A stretch of 64,000 nucleotides of DNA from Cyanobacteriota bacterium (GCA_046052125.1 JBJOMY010000002.1:256001-320000); one strand, 5' to 3'. Shown: positions 11,383 through 27,440, counted from the first letter of the stretch. Translations and numbers: made by a program. Notes: generated by a model not told the origin, from the sequence alone.

Positions 11383-12393
11383 ATGCCCAATTCGATGCCC
11401 GATTCGCTGTTGGACGGGGCCTACCGCTTCAGTGTGGCCCCGATGATGGACTACACCGATCGGCACTTCCGGGTGCTGATGCGGCAGATCACCCGGCGCA
11501 GCCTGCTCTACACCGAGATGGTGGTGGCCCAGGCGCTGCACTACAGCGAGCGGCGGGAGCGGCTGATCGACTTCGATCCCTGCGAACACCCGATCGCCCT
11601 GCAGGTGGGCGGCGACGATCCGCAGCTGCTGGCCGAGGCGGCGCGCATCGCATCCGATCGCGGCTACGACGAGATCAACCTCAACGTGGGCTGCCCCAGC
11701 GAGAAGGTGCAGAAGGGGCGTTTCGGGGCCTGCCTCATGGCCGAACCCGAGCAGGTGGCCCGCTGCATCAGCGCCATGGCCGCGGCCTCACCGCTGCCCG
11801 TCACGGTGAAACACCGCATCGGGATCGATGAGCGCGATTCCTACGAGGAGCTGCTGGCCTTCGTGGACACGGTGGCAGCAGCCGGCGCCCAGCGCTTCAG
11901 CGTGCATGCCCGCAAGGCCTGGCTGGAGGGCCTCGACCCCAAGCAAAACCGCACCATCCCGCCGCTGCGCTACGAGCTGGTGCATCAGCTCAAGCGCGAA
12001 CGACCTCAGCTCACCATCGAACTGAATGGCGGTCTGCTGGATCTGAGCAGCTGCGAGGAACAGCTGCAGCAGGTGGATGGCGTGATGGTGGGCCGCGCCG
12101 CCTACGACCACCCGCTGCGCTGGGCCACGGTGGATCGCGACCTGTTCCACGACAACAGCCAAACCATCGCCAGCGCCTCCAGGGTGGTGCGCGGCCTGAT
12201 CCCCTACGCCGAGCGCTGGTGCAGCAGTGGTGGCAGGCTCTGGGCCATCGCCCGCCACCTGGTGCAAGTGGTGGAGGGGGTGAGCGGTGCCCGGCACTGG
12301 CGCCGAGACCTCGGCTTGGCCGCTGGCGCCCGCAATGCCGGGCCGGACGTGTTCGAACGGGCCGCAGCGCAACTGGAAGAGCGCGGGCTTTAA
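11383..12393 (+). CDS. dusA: tRNA dihydrouridine(20/20a) synthase
   Basis: FSVAPMMDYTDRH, INLNVGCPS, VTVKHRIG, HARKAWL. Confidence 0.93.
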   Translation: MPNSMPDSLLDGAYRFSVAPMMDYTDRHFRVLMRQITRRSLLYTEMVVAQALHYSERRERLIDFDPCEHPIALQVGGDDPQLLAEAARIASDRGYDEINLNVGCPSEKVQKGRFGACLMAEPEQVARCISAMAAASPLPVTVKHRIGIDERDSYEELLAFVDTVAAAGAQRFSVHARKAWLEGLDPKQNRTIPPLRYELVHQLKRERPQLTIELNGGLLDLSSCEEQLQQVDGVMVGRAAYDHPLRWATVDRDLFHDNSQTIASASRVVRGLIPYAERWCSSGGRLWAIARHLVQVVEGVSGARHWRRDLGLAAGARNAGPDVFERAAAQLEERGL

Positions 12394-12440
12394 GGCCTCG
12401 CCGCTAGCAAGGCCCTCAATCAGCTGAACCTCTGGAACGT

Positions 12441-12986
12441 TCAGTTGTCGCCGCCAGAGCTGCGGCGACGCCGCGTGCGGCCAGCGCCGAAGGAATCACC
12501 GCCGCGATCGCCGCCGCCATAGCTGCGGTCTTCCCAGCCGCGGGCGCCGGAACCACGCTCACCGCCCCCACCGGAACGATCAGCGCCTCCGTAGCCGCCA
12601 CCGCCGCCATAACCACCGCGGTCACCACCACCTCCGTAACCGCCGCCACCGCCATAGCCGCCGCGTTCTCCACCGCCGCCGTAGCCACCGCGCCGGGGGC
12701 CACGATCACCACCGCCATAGCCACCACCACCGCCGCCACCGGGGCTGCGGGGTTCGGCTTTGTTGATACGCAGCGGGCGGCCCATCAGCTCGGCGCCCTG
12801 GAGGGCGTCGATGGCGCGGGACTCGCTGTCTTCATCAACCAGCTCCACGAAGGCGAAGCCGCGCTTGCGGCCGGTGTCGCGCTCGAGGGGCAGGAAGCAG
12901 TTGGTCACCTCGCCGAAGGGTGCGAACAACTCGGCCACGTCCTCCTGTTCCGCGCGGAAGGGGAGGTTTCCTACAAAAATGCTCAC
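12441..12986 (-). CDS. rbp: RRM RNA-binding protein with Gly-rich tail
   Basis: RNP2 IFVGNL, RNP1 RGFAFVEL, GGYGGGG repeats. Confidence 0.93.
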   Translation of the reverse strand: MSIFVGNLPFRAEQEDVAELFAPFGEVTNCFLPLERDTGRKRGFAFVELVDEDSESRAIDALQGAELMGRPLRINKAEPRSPGGGGGGGYGGGDRGPRRGGYGGGGERGGYGGGGGYGGGGDRGGYGGGGGYGGADRSGGGGERGSGARGWEDRSYGGGDRGGDSFGAGRTRRRRSSGGDN

Positions 12987-13057
12987 AGGCCGAGGGGGCC
13001 GATCAGGCAGAACTTCAGCCCACGAAGACTAAGCCGGCTCCGGCAGTTCGGAGGCCT

Positions 13058-14458
13058 TCACGCAGCAGCTGACAACCGCAGCCGCGCCCGCTCCAGCTGC
13101 AACCGCACCTGATCAAAGGCCGTGCCGCCCTCACTGCGGCGAGCCGCCACCACCTGGCGGGGATGAATCGCCTCGTAGATATCCGCCTCGAAGGCCGGAT
13201 GCAGCTGCTGCCAACGTTCGAGCGGCAGATCCCGCAGCAAGATTCCTTCCTGCAGGCAGCCTTTCACCAAGCCGCCCACCAGCTGATAGGCCTCGCGGAA
13301 TGGCACCCCCTTGGCCACCAGGTAATCAGCCACATCGGTGGCGTTGGAGAAATCAGAGGCCACGGCCGCCTCAAGACGCTCAGGCCGGAACTGGAGCCCC
13401 TCCTCAAACAGGATCGCCATCGCCTCCAAGCAAGCCAGGGTGGTCGCCACGGCGTCGAACAGGGCTTCTTTGTCCTCCTGGAAGTCTTTGTTGTAAGCAA
13501 GGGGCAACCCCTTGATCATCACCAGCAGCCCCTGCAGGTGGCCAAACACCCGGCCACACTTGCCGCGAACCAGTTCGGGCACATCGGGGTTCTTTTTCTG
13601 CGGCATCAGGCTGCTGCCGGTGGCGCAGCGGTCGGTAAGTTTCACGAAGCCGAACTCCTCGCTGGCCCAGAGGATCACCTCCTCACTCAGGCGGCTGAGG
13701 TGCACCATCACCAAGCTGGCGGCCGCACTGAACTCCACCGCGAAATCCCGATCGCTCACCGCATCGAGGCTGTTGGCGTACACGTCGTCAAAGCCGAGAG
13801 CCGCGGCGGTGTGGCGGCGATCGATCGGCACGGGCGTGCCCGCCAGGGCTGCGGCCCCGAGTGGACAAATGTTGACGCGTTTGCGTAGATCCCACAGCCG
13901 GGCCCGGTCGCGCTCGGCCATCTCCACGTAGGCCAGCAAATGGTGGGCCAGGCAGATGGGCTGAGCCCGCTGCAGGTGCGTGTAGCCCGGGATCATCACC
14001 TCGGCGTGGGCTTCGGCCTGATCCAACAGCGCCCGCTCGAAGCGCACCAAGGCGCCATCAATGGCATCAATCTGGCCCCGTAGCCACAGGCGCAGGTCGG
14101 TGCCCACCTGGTCGTTGCGGGAGCGGCCGGTGTGCAGCTTTTTGCCCAAGGGACCGAGAATCGCGATCAGGCGGCGCTCCACCGCGAAGTGCACGTCTTC
14201 GTCTTCAAGGCTGGGGTTGAACTGGCCGGCAGACGCTTCGCTGCGCACCTGCTCCAGACCCACCACCAGCTGCTCGGCTTCCTCAGCCGTGATCACGCCG
14301 GTGCTGGCGAGCATGCGGGCGTGGGCGATCGAGCCGTCGAGGTCCTGCTGCAGCAGGGTGATGTCGAACCCGATCGAGGCGTTGAAGCGCTCGATTGCCG
14401 GATGCAGGCCCTCCTCAAAACGCTGGCTCCAGGTGGAGGAAGACGACTCAACGGCCAT
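13058..14458 (-). CDS. argH: argininosuccinate lyase
   Basis: [43 protein letters not shown]. Confidence 0.97.
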   Translation of the reverse strand: MAVESSSSTWSQRFEEGLHPAIERFNASIGFDITLLQQDLDGSIAHARMLASTGVITAEEAEQLVVGLEQVRSEASAGQFNPSLEDEDVHFAVERRLIAILGPLGKKLHTGRSRNDQVGTDLRLWLRGQIDAIDGALVRFERALLDQAEAHAEVMIPGYTHLQRAQPICLAHHLLAYVEMAERDRARLWDLRKRVNICPLGAAALAGTPVPIDRRHTAAALGFDDVYANSLDAVSDRDFAVEFSAAASLVMVHLSRLSEEVILWASEEFGFVKLTDRCATGSSLMPQKKNPDVPELVRGKCGRVFGHLQGLLVMIKGLPLAYNKDFQEDKEALFDAVATTLACLEAMAILFEEGLQFRPERLEAAVASDFSNATDVADYLVAKGVPFREAYQLVGGLVKGCLQEGILLRDLPLERWQQLHPAFEADIYEAIHPRQVVAARRSEGGTAFDQVRLQLERARLRLSAAA

Positions 14459-14484
14459 CGGGGCCCGGCTCGATCAGTTGAGGC

Positions 14485-15900
14485 TCAGCTTGGCAGGCGA
14501 CTCAGTGAGGGGAGCATCACCTCCTCACGCACCTTGAGCACCACCATTGAGGCGTCGTCATCAAGCTGGCGATCGGGCCCCACAAAGCGATCGAGGCGGG
14601 CGAACAGCTGATCGAGGATGCCCTGGGCACCCACCCCGGAGCGGCAGGCCGCCTGCAGGGCCGTGATCAAGCGCTCTTCATCAAAGCGCTCACCGTTAAG
14701 GCCGCTCGCTTCGGTGACGCCGTCGGTGTAGCAGAGGAGCACGTCTCCCGGATCGAGCACGATCTGTTCGCAGCCGTAACTGGCCTCTGGCTGTAAACCG
14801 ATCAGCAAACCCGGCGCATCGAGCCGATCCACGGCATTGCGCAGGCGCCGCCAGATCAGGGGCGGGTTGTGGGCTGCATTGGCGTAACGCAGCAGCCGGG
14901 TGCGGGGGTCGTAATCGGAATAAAAGAGCGTCACGAAGCGGTGCGACTGGGCCAGGTCTTCCTGGGCCAGCTGGTTGAGGTCGTGCAGGATCCGATCGGG
15001 CGGCAAGCCGCTAAGCACCTCAGCCCGCAACATGCCGCGCAGGAGCGTCATCAACAGGCCAGCGGGCACCCCTTTGCCCATCACATCGCCCACCACCAGG
15101 GCCCAGCGCCCCTGCTCGCGGCGCCGGCCCAGGAGTTGGGGGCGGGTGGGGATGAAGTCGTAGTAATCGCCGCCCACTTGGAAAGCGGGCCGGCAGCGGG
15201 CCGCCAGCTCCACCCCCTCGATCACGGGGCAGTGATCAGGCAACAGCTGGGCCTGGATTTCCGCACCGGTGGAGAGCTGTCGATCCACGCGTTCGTGGCG
15301 GCGCGCTTCTTGCAGCAGCTGTTCGCTCTCGATCGCCACGCCAGTGAGATCGGCCACCAGCTGCACATGGCGGCGGTGGCTATCGCTCCAGTTGAGGCCG
15401 CTGCGCGCACCCACCACGTAGAGCCGCCCGCGGCAGCGACCACGGGCCACCACCGAGGTGGCGAATAAGGGGCGATCAGCCAGCTGCCGGCGCACCAGCC
15501 GATCGAGCAGGGCCGCCACCGCCTCATCGCCGGAGGCCTGGAGCAGCTCATCGTCGGAGAGGCTGGCCAGCTGCCGAATCAGCTCCGGCGCCGTGCCATG
15601 CAGCTGCTCGCGCCAGAGGCGGCCATCGGCGTGAAACACCACCAACAACGCCCCTTCCGCCTCCACCAGGCGCGTCGCCACAAGCGGCACGAGCTCGAGA
15701 AAACGACCGAGGTTGGTGAAGCTGCGCAGGGCAAACCCCAGCGAAGCCAGCAGTTCCTGGTTGCGGCGCTGCTCGCGGCTGAGGCTGTCGAGCAGCTGCC
15801 GCACAGAGGCCAATGCCGATGGTGGCCGCGGTGTTGTGGCGCGGTCGGCGTGGCTCTGAAGCGGTGTGTCAGACCGCCATGGGGGCGGCTTGCTGCTCAC
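14485..15900 (-). CDS. PP2C/SpoIIE-family protein phosphatase (RsbU-like) with GAF-like N-terminus
   Basis: VGGDYYDF, GDVMGKG, NAAHNPP, YTDGVTE, DDDAS; GTG start inferred. Confidence 0.9.
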   Translation of the reverse strand: MSSKPPPWRSDTPLQSHADRATTPRPPSALASVRQLLDSLSREQRRNQELLASLGFALRSFTNLGRFLELVPLVATRLVEAEGALLVVFHADGRLWREQLHGTAPELIRQLASLSDDELLQASGDEAVAALLDRLVRRQLADRPLFATSVVARGRCRGRLYVVGARSGLNWSDSHRRHVQLVADLTGVAIESEQLLQEARRHERVDRQLSTGAEIQAQLLPDHCPVIEGVELAARCRPAFQVGGDYYDFIPTRPQLLGRRREQGRWALVVGDVMGKGVPAGLLMTLLRGMLRAEVLSGLPPDRILHDLNQLAQEDLAQSHRFVTLFYSDYDPRTRLLRYANAAHNPPLIWRRLRNAVDRLDAPGLLIGLQPEASYGCEQIVLDPGDVLLCYTDGVTEASGLNGERFDEERLITALQAACRSGVGAQGILDQLFARLDRFVGPDRQLDDDASMVVLKVREEVMLPSLSRLPS

Positions 15901-15935
15901 CGAGCGGCCGCGAAGTGCCCGCAAGATAGCCGCGT

Positions 15936-17756
15936 TTATTTGGCCAGCAGCGCTTCCACGAACTCAAAGCTATTGAAGGGGCGCAGATCACGGATTCCTT
16001 CGCCAGCGCCGATGAAACGAATCGGCAGGCCCGCCTCCGACGACACCGCCAGGGCCACGCCGCCACGGGAGCTGCCATCAAGCTTGGTGACCACCACACC
16101 GGTGAGTCCAGCCGCCTGGGCAAAGGCCATGGCCTGCTTGAGGCCGTTCTGCCCCTGGCTGGCATCGAGCACCAACAGCGACTCCACCTGAGCGTCTGGA
16201 GCCAGCTTGTCGACGATGCGACGCACCTTGCTGAGCTCCTCCATCAGGTTGTGCTTGGTCTGCAGGCGACCGGCAGTGTCAACGAGAACGAGATCGGTGC
16301 CCTTGGCCTGGGCAGCACCGATGGCGTCAAACACCACCGCCGCCGGATCGGCATTAGCCGAGGGATTGGACACCACAGTCACGCCACTGCGCTCACCCCA
16401 AACCGCCACCTGCTGCACGGCCGCGGCGCGGAAGGTGTCGGCGGCGGCGATCAGACAGCTGTAGCCGCTGCGCACGGCGAGGTTGGCCAACTTGCCGAGG
16501 GTGGTGGTTTTGCCGACCCCGTTCACACCCACCATCAGCCACACATTGAGGCGACCCCGCTCCGGCGCCAGCAACTGAGCGCCGCTGGCCTGAATCGGGG
16601 CATCCAGCAAAGCCTTGAGCTGCTCCTTGAGGAAGCGAATGCCCTCGGCCGGCTCCACCACTTCTTCGTTGAGGCGCTTGCGCAGGGCATCGAGCACCTG
16701 ATCGGTGGCCTGCACACCCACATCGGCCCTCAGCAGGAGGCTCTCAAGGTCATCGAGCACCTCGGGGGTGAGGGGATCGTCACCGAGGTTGTCGAGCAGC
16801 TGAGTGACAAACCCGCGGCGGGTCTTCTCCATGCCGCGCCGCAGCCGGCCCAGCCAATCGATCTCCTCGAGGGAGATGTCGTCGAGCTTGCGGCCCTGAG
16901 CGGCAAGCACCTCAGCCGACCAAGTGAAGTCGTCGTCGAAGGCACCGAGCTGGGGCGCGGCCTCATCGGAGGCTGGCGCTCCAGGCGGAGCGGAGGACGC
17001 GGCGGATGACGGCGCCGCAACGGAACGCGCCGGCTCGGGCGTCTCGATGGCGCGCTCAAGCAACTCCTGCTGCCGTTGAGCGCGTTGGGCGGCGGCTTGT
17101 TCGAGCAGGGAGAGTCCCTGGGACGGAGCGGCGGGGAGATCGGCAGGGCCTCCACCCGGCTCGGGATCCGTTGATTGAGGCGCCGACGGGGGCGAGAGGT
17201 CCTCAACGGGAGCGGGGGCAGGAGCCGTGGTGAACGCGGGGAGGACCCCCGACAACACTTCTGGCGACTCTCCAGAGTGCTGCTCGGTCTGTACAGAACT
17301 CTGGACAGGAGCTGGCTGAGTAGGAGCTAGTTGGCCGGAGGCTCCTTGGGCCGGGGCTATCTGTGCCGGGGGTGTGGAGGTTTCGGCTGAAAGCGCAGTG
17401 GCTTCGGCGGAAGGCGCAATCGTTTCGGTTGAGGCCGGAACAGCTGAAGCCGAAGGGGTGACCGCCGGCGCGGCGGCCTGCTTTTCCGCTTCCTGTTGGG
17501 CTTTCAGGCGGGCATAGGCCTGGCGGGCCCAGTCGAGGGCGTCCTGATCGACGGCACCGACGGCTGGTGGCGTGGCCGGGGCAGCAGCGGGAGCGGACGC
17601 GGCCAGCTCAGGCTCAGGGCTTGGTTCGGGCGGGGCAGCTTCAGGAGCAGCGGCTGCAGGGGCTTCGCCGGCGGCAGGCGACTGCGGGGGTTGTTCCGGC
17701 TGGGACTCCTCAGGGTTCTGAGGGGCCGCGCTGCGATTGAACCAGTCGAAAACCAT
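15936..17756 (-). CDS. ftsY: SRP receptor FtsY with long Ala/Pro-rich N-terminal region
   Basis: GVNGVGKTTT, DTFRAAA, DTAGR, TKLDG, GEGIRDL. Confidence 0.96.
   Translation of the reverse strand: MVFDWFNRSAAPQNPEESQPEQPPQSPAAGEAPAAAAPEAAPPEPSPEPELAASAPAAAPATPPAVGAVDQDALDWARQAYARLKAQQEAEKQAAAPAVTPSASAVPASTETIAPSAEATALSAETSTPPAQIAPAQGASGQLAPTQPAPVQSSVQTEQHSGESPEVLSGVLPAFTTAPAPAPVEDLSPPSAPQSTDPEPGGGPADLPAAPSQGLSLLEQAAAQRAQRQQELLERAIETPEPARSVAAPSSAASSAPPGAPASDEAAPQLGAFDDDFTWSAEVLAAQGRKLDDISLEEIDWLGRLRRGMEKTRRGFVTQLLDNLGDDPLTPEVLDDLESLLLRADVGVQATDQVLDALRKRLNEEVVEPAEGIRFLKEQLKALLDAPIQASGAQLLAPERGRLNVWLMVGVNGVGKTTTLGKLANLAVRSGYSCLIAAADTFRAAAVQQVAVWGERSGVTVVSNPSANADPAAVVFDAIGAAQAKGTDLVLVDTAGRLQTKHNLMEELSKVRRIVDKLAPDAQVESLLVLDASQGQNGLKQAMAFAQAAGLTGVVVTKLDGSSRGGVALAVSSEAGLPIRFIGAGEGIRDLRPFNSFEFVEALLAK
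17271..17305. repeat. spaced palindrome copy 1 (inside ftsY linker)
   Basis: TCC agag TGCTGCTCG GTC TGTACAGAA ctct GGA. Confidence 0.7.
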
Positions 17757-17769
17757 GGGCGCCTCCTGT

Positions 17770-18396
17770 TCAGCCCTTGGCGGGGGCGCTGGTGAAGCGG
17801 CGGAGCACGCCGTTGATCATGCGGCGGCCCTGTTCGTCGCTGTAGCGGTTGGCGAGTTCCACCGCCTCATTGCAGGCCACGGCTGGGGGGGTGTTGAACT
17901 GCTCGATATCGACGGCGGCCAGGCGCAGGATGTCGCGGTCGATGCGGGGCAGGCGGGTGAGGCGCCAGCCCTCCATCACGGCATCGAGGCGCTGGTCGAG
18001 ATCTTCGCGGTCACGGAGCACCGCCCGGGCACGGTCCACGGCGCCGCGGCGAATCTCATCCTGGTCGGAGAGCATCAGCAGCCGCGGCAGCTCGAGGCTG
18101 GCGGACAAGCGATTCAGGCCCTGCTCGGCGTGAGCCAGGCCGTCTTGAAGGTGCTGACGCACGCGAGGGAGCTGCTCAGCGGCGCCTTGATCCTGCAGTT
18201 CGCTATCGAGCAGCTGCTGTTGGGCGGCCTGGAGATCGGTCGCGGCCTGATCCAGAGCTTCGCGCACGTGCTGGCTGAGCGATGCCTGGGCCTGCTGCAA
18301 CAGGGTGTCGAGCGGGGTGTCGGCAGCGGGCTGGCGATCGCTGATCTGGCCGAGCATCAGCAGGGCCAGTTCACGGGCAACGGTGCGGCTCTGCAT
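17770..18396 (-). CDS. nusB: transcription antitermination factor NusB
   Basis: RTVARELAL, WRLTRLPRIDRDILRLA, NEAVELANRY, INGVLRR. Confidence 0.94.
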   Translation of the reverse strand: MQSRTVARELALLMLGQISDRQPAADTPLDTLLQQAQASLSQHVREALDQAATDLQAAQQQLLDSELQDQGAAEQLPRVRQHLQDGLAHAEQGLNRLSASLELPRLLMLSDQDEIRRGAVDRARAVLRDREDLDQRLDAVMEGWRLTRLPRIDRDILRLAAVDIEQFNTPPAVACNEAVELANRYSDEQGRRMINGVLRRFTSAPAKG

Positions 18397-19145
18397 CAGG
18401 CCTTGTTGGAGGAGATGGGGGAGTAGGCCGGAGCGCGGAGCTGGGCGAGCAGGCTCGAGAAGCTGCGGCTGGCGGGGGTTTCGCGTTCGTCGGGGTTCAC
18501 GATGCCGGCCGAGATGATCGTGCGGAAGGCATCCTCCACCGAGAGGTTCAGATCCTTCACCGAACCCTCGGGCACCACGGCGTACCAGCCAGTGGTGGGG
18601 TTGGGGGCGGTGGGAATGAACACGCTCAGCATCGGCTGATCGAAACCAGCCGAGAGGGTGGCGCCCAGCACACCAGTCACGAATCCCAGGGCATACAGGC
18701 CCTCGCGGGGATACTCAACCAGCACCACGCGCCGGAAGCGCGTGGAGTTATCGCGCAGGAACGTTTCCAGCAGCTGCTTGAGGGTCTTGTAAACCGAGCC
18801 CGCCACGGGGATCCGCTGCAGAGTGCCCTCGCCGAACTCGAGCAACCAACGGCCCACGATGTTGCGGGCCATCAGGCCGATCAACAGGATCCCGAGCAGG
18901 GGCACCAACAGGCCCAAACCCAGGTTGATCAGCTCCTGAAGGATCGGATCAAGCGTGTTGAACGGATTGAGCTGCTTGGGGATCGAGGTGAGGAACGCCA
19001 GGACAAAGCGCGTCACCGTGGTGGCCAGCCAGATGGTGGTGGCCAAGGGGATCACCACCAGTAGGCCGGCGATCAGATCGTTCTTGAGGTCCTGCTGGAG
19101 GCGATCGCCCAGGGGCTGCTCAGGTCTGGGACTGGATTGCACCAA
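18396..19145 (-). CDS. DUF502 membrane protein
   Basis: LIAGLLVVIPL, VYKTLKQL, VLVEYPR, VFIPTAPNPTTG. Confidence 0.88.
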   Translation of the reverse strand: MVQSSPRPEQPLGDRLQQDLKNDLIAGLLVVIPLATTIWLATTVTRFVLAFLTSIPKQLNPFNTLDPILQELINLGLGLLVPLLGILLIGLMARNIVGRWLLEFGEGTLQRIPVAGSVYKTLKQLLETFLRDNSTRFRRVVLVEYPREGLYALGFVTGVLGATLSAGFDQPMLSVFIPTAPNPTTGWYAVVPEGSVKDLNLSVEDAFRTIISAGIVNPDERETPASRSFSSLLAQLRAPAYSPISSNKA

Positions 19146-19201
19146 TGACAGGCCGGGGCGTCCGGTGAAAAAAGTCCAAACTGCAACTTAGCCAGCCGCC
19201 T

Positions 19202-19852
19202 TCACAGAACGGCTACGCAGGCCAACAGCACAAACGCCACGAGCAACACCACAGCCGTGCCCGTTCCACCGATGCGGCGCTGGTTGGCGGCCAGATCGCG
19301 GCGGTTTTCAGCCTGCTTCAGCTGCGACTCAGCCTGACCGAGCTGACGGTTCATAAAGGCCTGGGCGGCCTGTTTCTTCTGGGCCTCCGTGGCTGTGGCA
19401 GGAATCTGACCAGCCTGTTCGCCCTGGGCGATCACCTGCTCGATCACCTGAGGGTTTTCGAGCTGAGCCTTGGCCATCTCCAGCTGGCCGCGCTGAGCCA
19501 GCAGCGCCTGGTTGGCCTGATCGCTCACGGCGCGATCGCCGCTGATGGTGACGGGGATCGTGATCAGCAGAGCCAAGGCCAACAGGCCACTCAGCACACA
19601 CACAAACCAGCGCAGCGGGGTGCGACCGGGCACTGGTTCATCAAGGCGCTGACCGATCAGCATCAGCAACATGCCCACGAAGGCCATGGGCGACTGGGTG
19701 ATCAGCGTGGTGGAGAGCAGCTGGCGGAAGCTCTCCTCGCCCCAGCCGTTCACCGCCAACACCGCCAGGAGCTGGAGTCCCAGCAACACCACCAGGGTGA
19801 TGCCCAGCCAACGGAACAGGGTGCCGAAACGGCCGGTCGCTGCTGAACTCAC
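19202..19852 (-). CDS. HpsJ-like cyanobacterial membrane protein
   Basis: three N-terminal TM helices, Gln-rich coiled coil, C-terminal TM; conserved position between queG and DUF502; start uncertain. Confidence 0.65.
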   Translation of the reverse strand: MSSAATGRFGTLFRWLGITLVVLLGLQLLAVLAVNGWGEESFRQLLSTTLITQSPMAFVGMLLMLIGQRLDEPVPGRTPLRWFVCVLSGLLALALLITIPVTISGDRAVSDQANQALLAQRGQLEMAKAQLENPQVIEQVIAQGEQAGQIPATATEAQKKQAAQAFMNRQLGQAESQLKQAENRRDLAANQRRIGGTGTAVVLLVAFVLLACVAVL

Positions 19853-19884
19853 AGTGGTGCTGACGCAATCGCGCAATCGTAGGG

Positions 19885-20835
19885 GTGGTGGATCTAGCTG
19901 ACACCCTTAAGCAACAGGCCAGGCAACTGGGCTTTGCGGCGGTGGGTATCGCCTCCGCTGCGGGCAGTGAGCGGCTGCGGCTGCGCACAGCGGCTCTGGA
20001 GCGCTGGCTGAAAGCAGGCCATCAAGCCGACATGGCCTGGATGGCCGATCCCCGCCGGCGGGCGGTGGAAGCGCTACTGCCGGGGGTGCGCAGTGTGGTG
20101 GCGGTGGGACTGCCCTATTGGGTGGGAGCCCAGCGGGCACCTGGCAGCTTGAAAGTGGCCCGCTACGGCTGGGGCCGCGATTACCACCGGGTGATCGATG
20201 GGCGGTTGCGGGCGCTCGGCCGCTGGCTGGAGAGCCAAATACCAGGTGTGGGCTGGCGCGCCTGCGTGGACAGCGCCCCACTGCTTGATAAGGCCTGGGC
20301 GGAGGAAGCGGGCCTGGGCTGGATCGGCAAACACAGCAACCTGATCAGCCGCGAGCACGGCTCTTGGCTGCTGATTGGCCACCTGCTCACCACCGCCGAC
20401 CTCCCGGCCGACCAGCCCGCTTTACCGGCCTGCGGGGCCTGCAGTGCCTGCATCGAGACCTGCCCCACGGGCGCCATCAGCGAGCCCTTCGTGGTGGATG
20501 CGCGCCGCTGCATCGCCTTTCACACCATCGAAAACCGCGACGAGCAACTGCCTCCGCCCATCGCCGAGGGCCTGGAGGGTTGGGTGGCCGGCTGCGACAT
20601 CTGTCAGGACGTGTGTCCGTGGAATCACCGGCGCTTCGAGGGCAGTGGGGACCCCGATCTGCAGCCCCGGCCCTGGTGGCTGGATCTGCGGGCCGACGAG
20701 GCCCTGGCCTGGAGCGATGCGGACTGGGACGAGAAGCTGCGGGCCTCCGCCCTGCGCCGCATCAAACCGGCGATGTGGCGGCGGAACATTCGAGCGGCAC
20801 TGCAATCGGATGGGGCGAAACACCACGCGCCCTAG
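19885..20835 (+). CDS. queG: tRNA epoxyqueuosine reductase
   Basis: ARYGWGRDYH, GLGWIGKH, CGACSACIETCP and GCDICQDVCPWN Fe-S motifs. Confidence 0.95.
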   Translation: MVDLADTLKQQARQLGFAAVGIASAAGSERLRLRTAALERWLKAGHQADMAWMADPRRRAVEALLPGVRSVVAVGLPYWVGAQRAPGSLKVARYGWGRDYHRVIDGRLRALGRWLESQIPGVGWRACVDSAPLLDKAWAEEAGLGWIGKHSNLISREHGSWLLIGHLLTTADLPADQPALPACGACSACIETCPTGAISEPFVVDARRCIAFHTIENRDEQLPPPIAEGLEGWVAGCDICQDVCPWNHRRFEGSGDPDLQPRPWWLDLRADEALAWSDADWDEKLRASALRRIKPAMWRRNIRAALQSDGAKHHAP

Positions 20836-20894
20836 CCCAAGCCGGAAGCCAATGGCCCTCCAGAGCAGGGCCGGCAAACTCGGCGAGAAGACTG

Positions 20895-20929
20895 TCCAAG
20901 GTTCCGTGCGGTGTGTACGGAAAGGGGGA
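20895..20929. repeat. spaced palindrome copy 2 (queG-TPR intergenic)
   Basis: TCC aagg TTCCGTGCG GTG TGTACGGAA aggg GGA. Confidence 0.8.
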
Positions 20930-21019
20930 TGCAACGTTCAGGGCTGAGAGCAAAGCGGTCCGAGGCGCAGCCAGCCCCAGCGCCCCTGCCTAACCTGCGG
21001 CTGTGATCGCCCTGCATCG

Positions 21020-21907
21020 ATGGCTGCGCGCTGGTGGAAGGTTCTGGCGGCGGCACCCCTGATGCTCTCGGCCCTGAGCGCAGCGCAACCGGCTCGGGCC
21101 CTGGTGCCTTACGTGGCCGTTCCAGAGGCGCGCAACCTTGAAGGGGCCGGCCTGGGCATCGCTCAGGCGGCGGCGCGCTTGCTGCGGATCGGCCAGGCCG
21201 ACGACGCCGCGCGGCTGGCGGCCCTCACCGTGCAGCTGATTCCCAACGATCCCCGCGGTTGGGTGCTGCTGGCCGAGGCGCAGCTGCGCAGCAATCAAGA
21301 CAAAGCCGCTGGCGTGTCGCTGGCCAAGGCCCGGGAACTCGACCCGCGCAATGCCGGGATCATTTTTGCCCAGGGTTCGCTGGCTCTGAAAGACAGCCGA
21401 CCGTCCGAGGCTGCCGAGCTAATCAACCAAGGCCTGAAGCTCGACGGCAAGAACGCGGGCGCCTATTTCGACCTCGGCAACGCCTATCTGCTGATGGGAA
21501 AACCGGGCGATGCACTGGGGGCCTTCGAGCGGGCTTCGGGGCTGCGCCGCGAGTTCTGGGAGGCGATCAACAACCAGGCCCTGGTGCTCTACGAGCAAAA
21601 CAAAGACGGCGAGGCGATCAAGCGCTGGCGCCGGGTGCTGGCCATCAAGGCCGCCGCGGAGCCTTCCCTGGCCCTGGCGGCGGCAATGAATGTGAAGCAG
21701 CCCGGGAATCTGGAGAGCCTGGAGCTGGCGGCCAAGGCCCTGGCCGAGGAACCCAACTACGTGCTCGAGAGCTGGCAGAAGGAGCAGCTCTGGGGTCCGC
21801 GGCTGCGTAGCGATGCAGCAAAGCTGCTGAAAGAACCCTCCCTGAAGGCCGATGTGGATCGGGCCCAGGCGAACGCCGGTGGCCACGACGACCTGGGCGA
21901 CGAATAA
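21020..21907 (+). CDS. tetratricopeptide repeat protein with signal peptide
   Basis: N-terminal signal (…AQPARA), repeated TPR helices (AYFDLGNAY, AINNQALVLY). Confidence 0.88.
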   Translation: MAARWWKVLAAAPLMLSALSAAQPARALVPYVAVPEARNLEGAGLGIAQAAARLLRIGQADDAARLAALTVQLIPNDPRGWVLLAEAQLRSNQDKAAGVSLAKARELDPRNAGIIFAQGSLALKDSRPSEAAELINQGLKLDGKNAGAYFDLGNAYLLMGKPGDALGAFERASGLRREFWEAINNQALVLYEQNKDGEAIKRWRRVLAIKAAAEPSLALAAAMNVKQPGNLESLELAAKALAEEPNYVLESWQKEQLWGPRLRSDAAKLLKEPSLKADVDRAQANAGGHDDLGDE

Positions 21908-21960
21908 GCCCGTGATCTGTAGGCTGAGCGCCACTTTCCGCCCCCCGGCCTGAGCCACGG

Positions 21961-24465
<2,505 letters not shown>

Positions 24466-24473
24466 GGGCCCGG

Positions 24474-27440
<2,967 letters not shown>

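Noticed and set aside
11383..11406. 12-bp tandem duplication ATGCCCAATTCG/ATGCCCGATTCG at the dusA start
   Set aside because: A single small duplication that only makes the start codon ambiguous.
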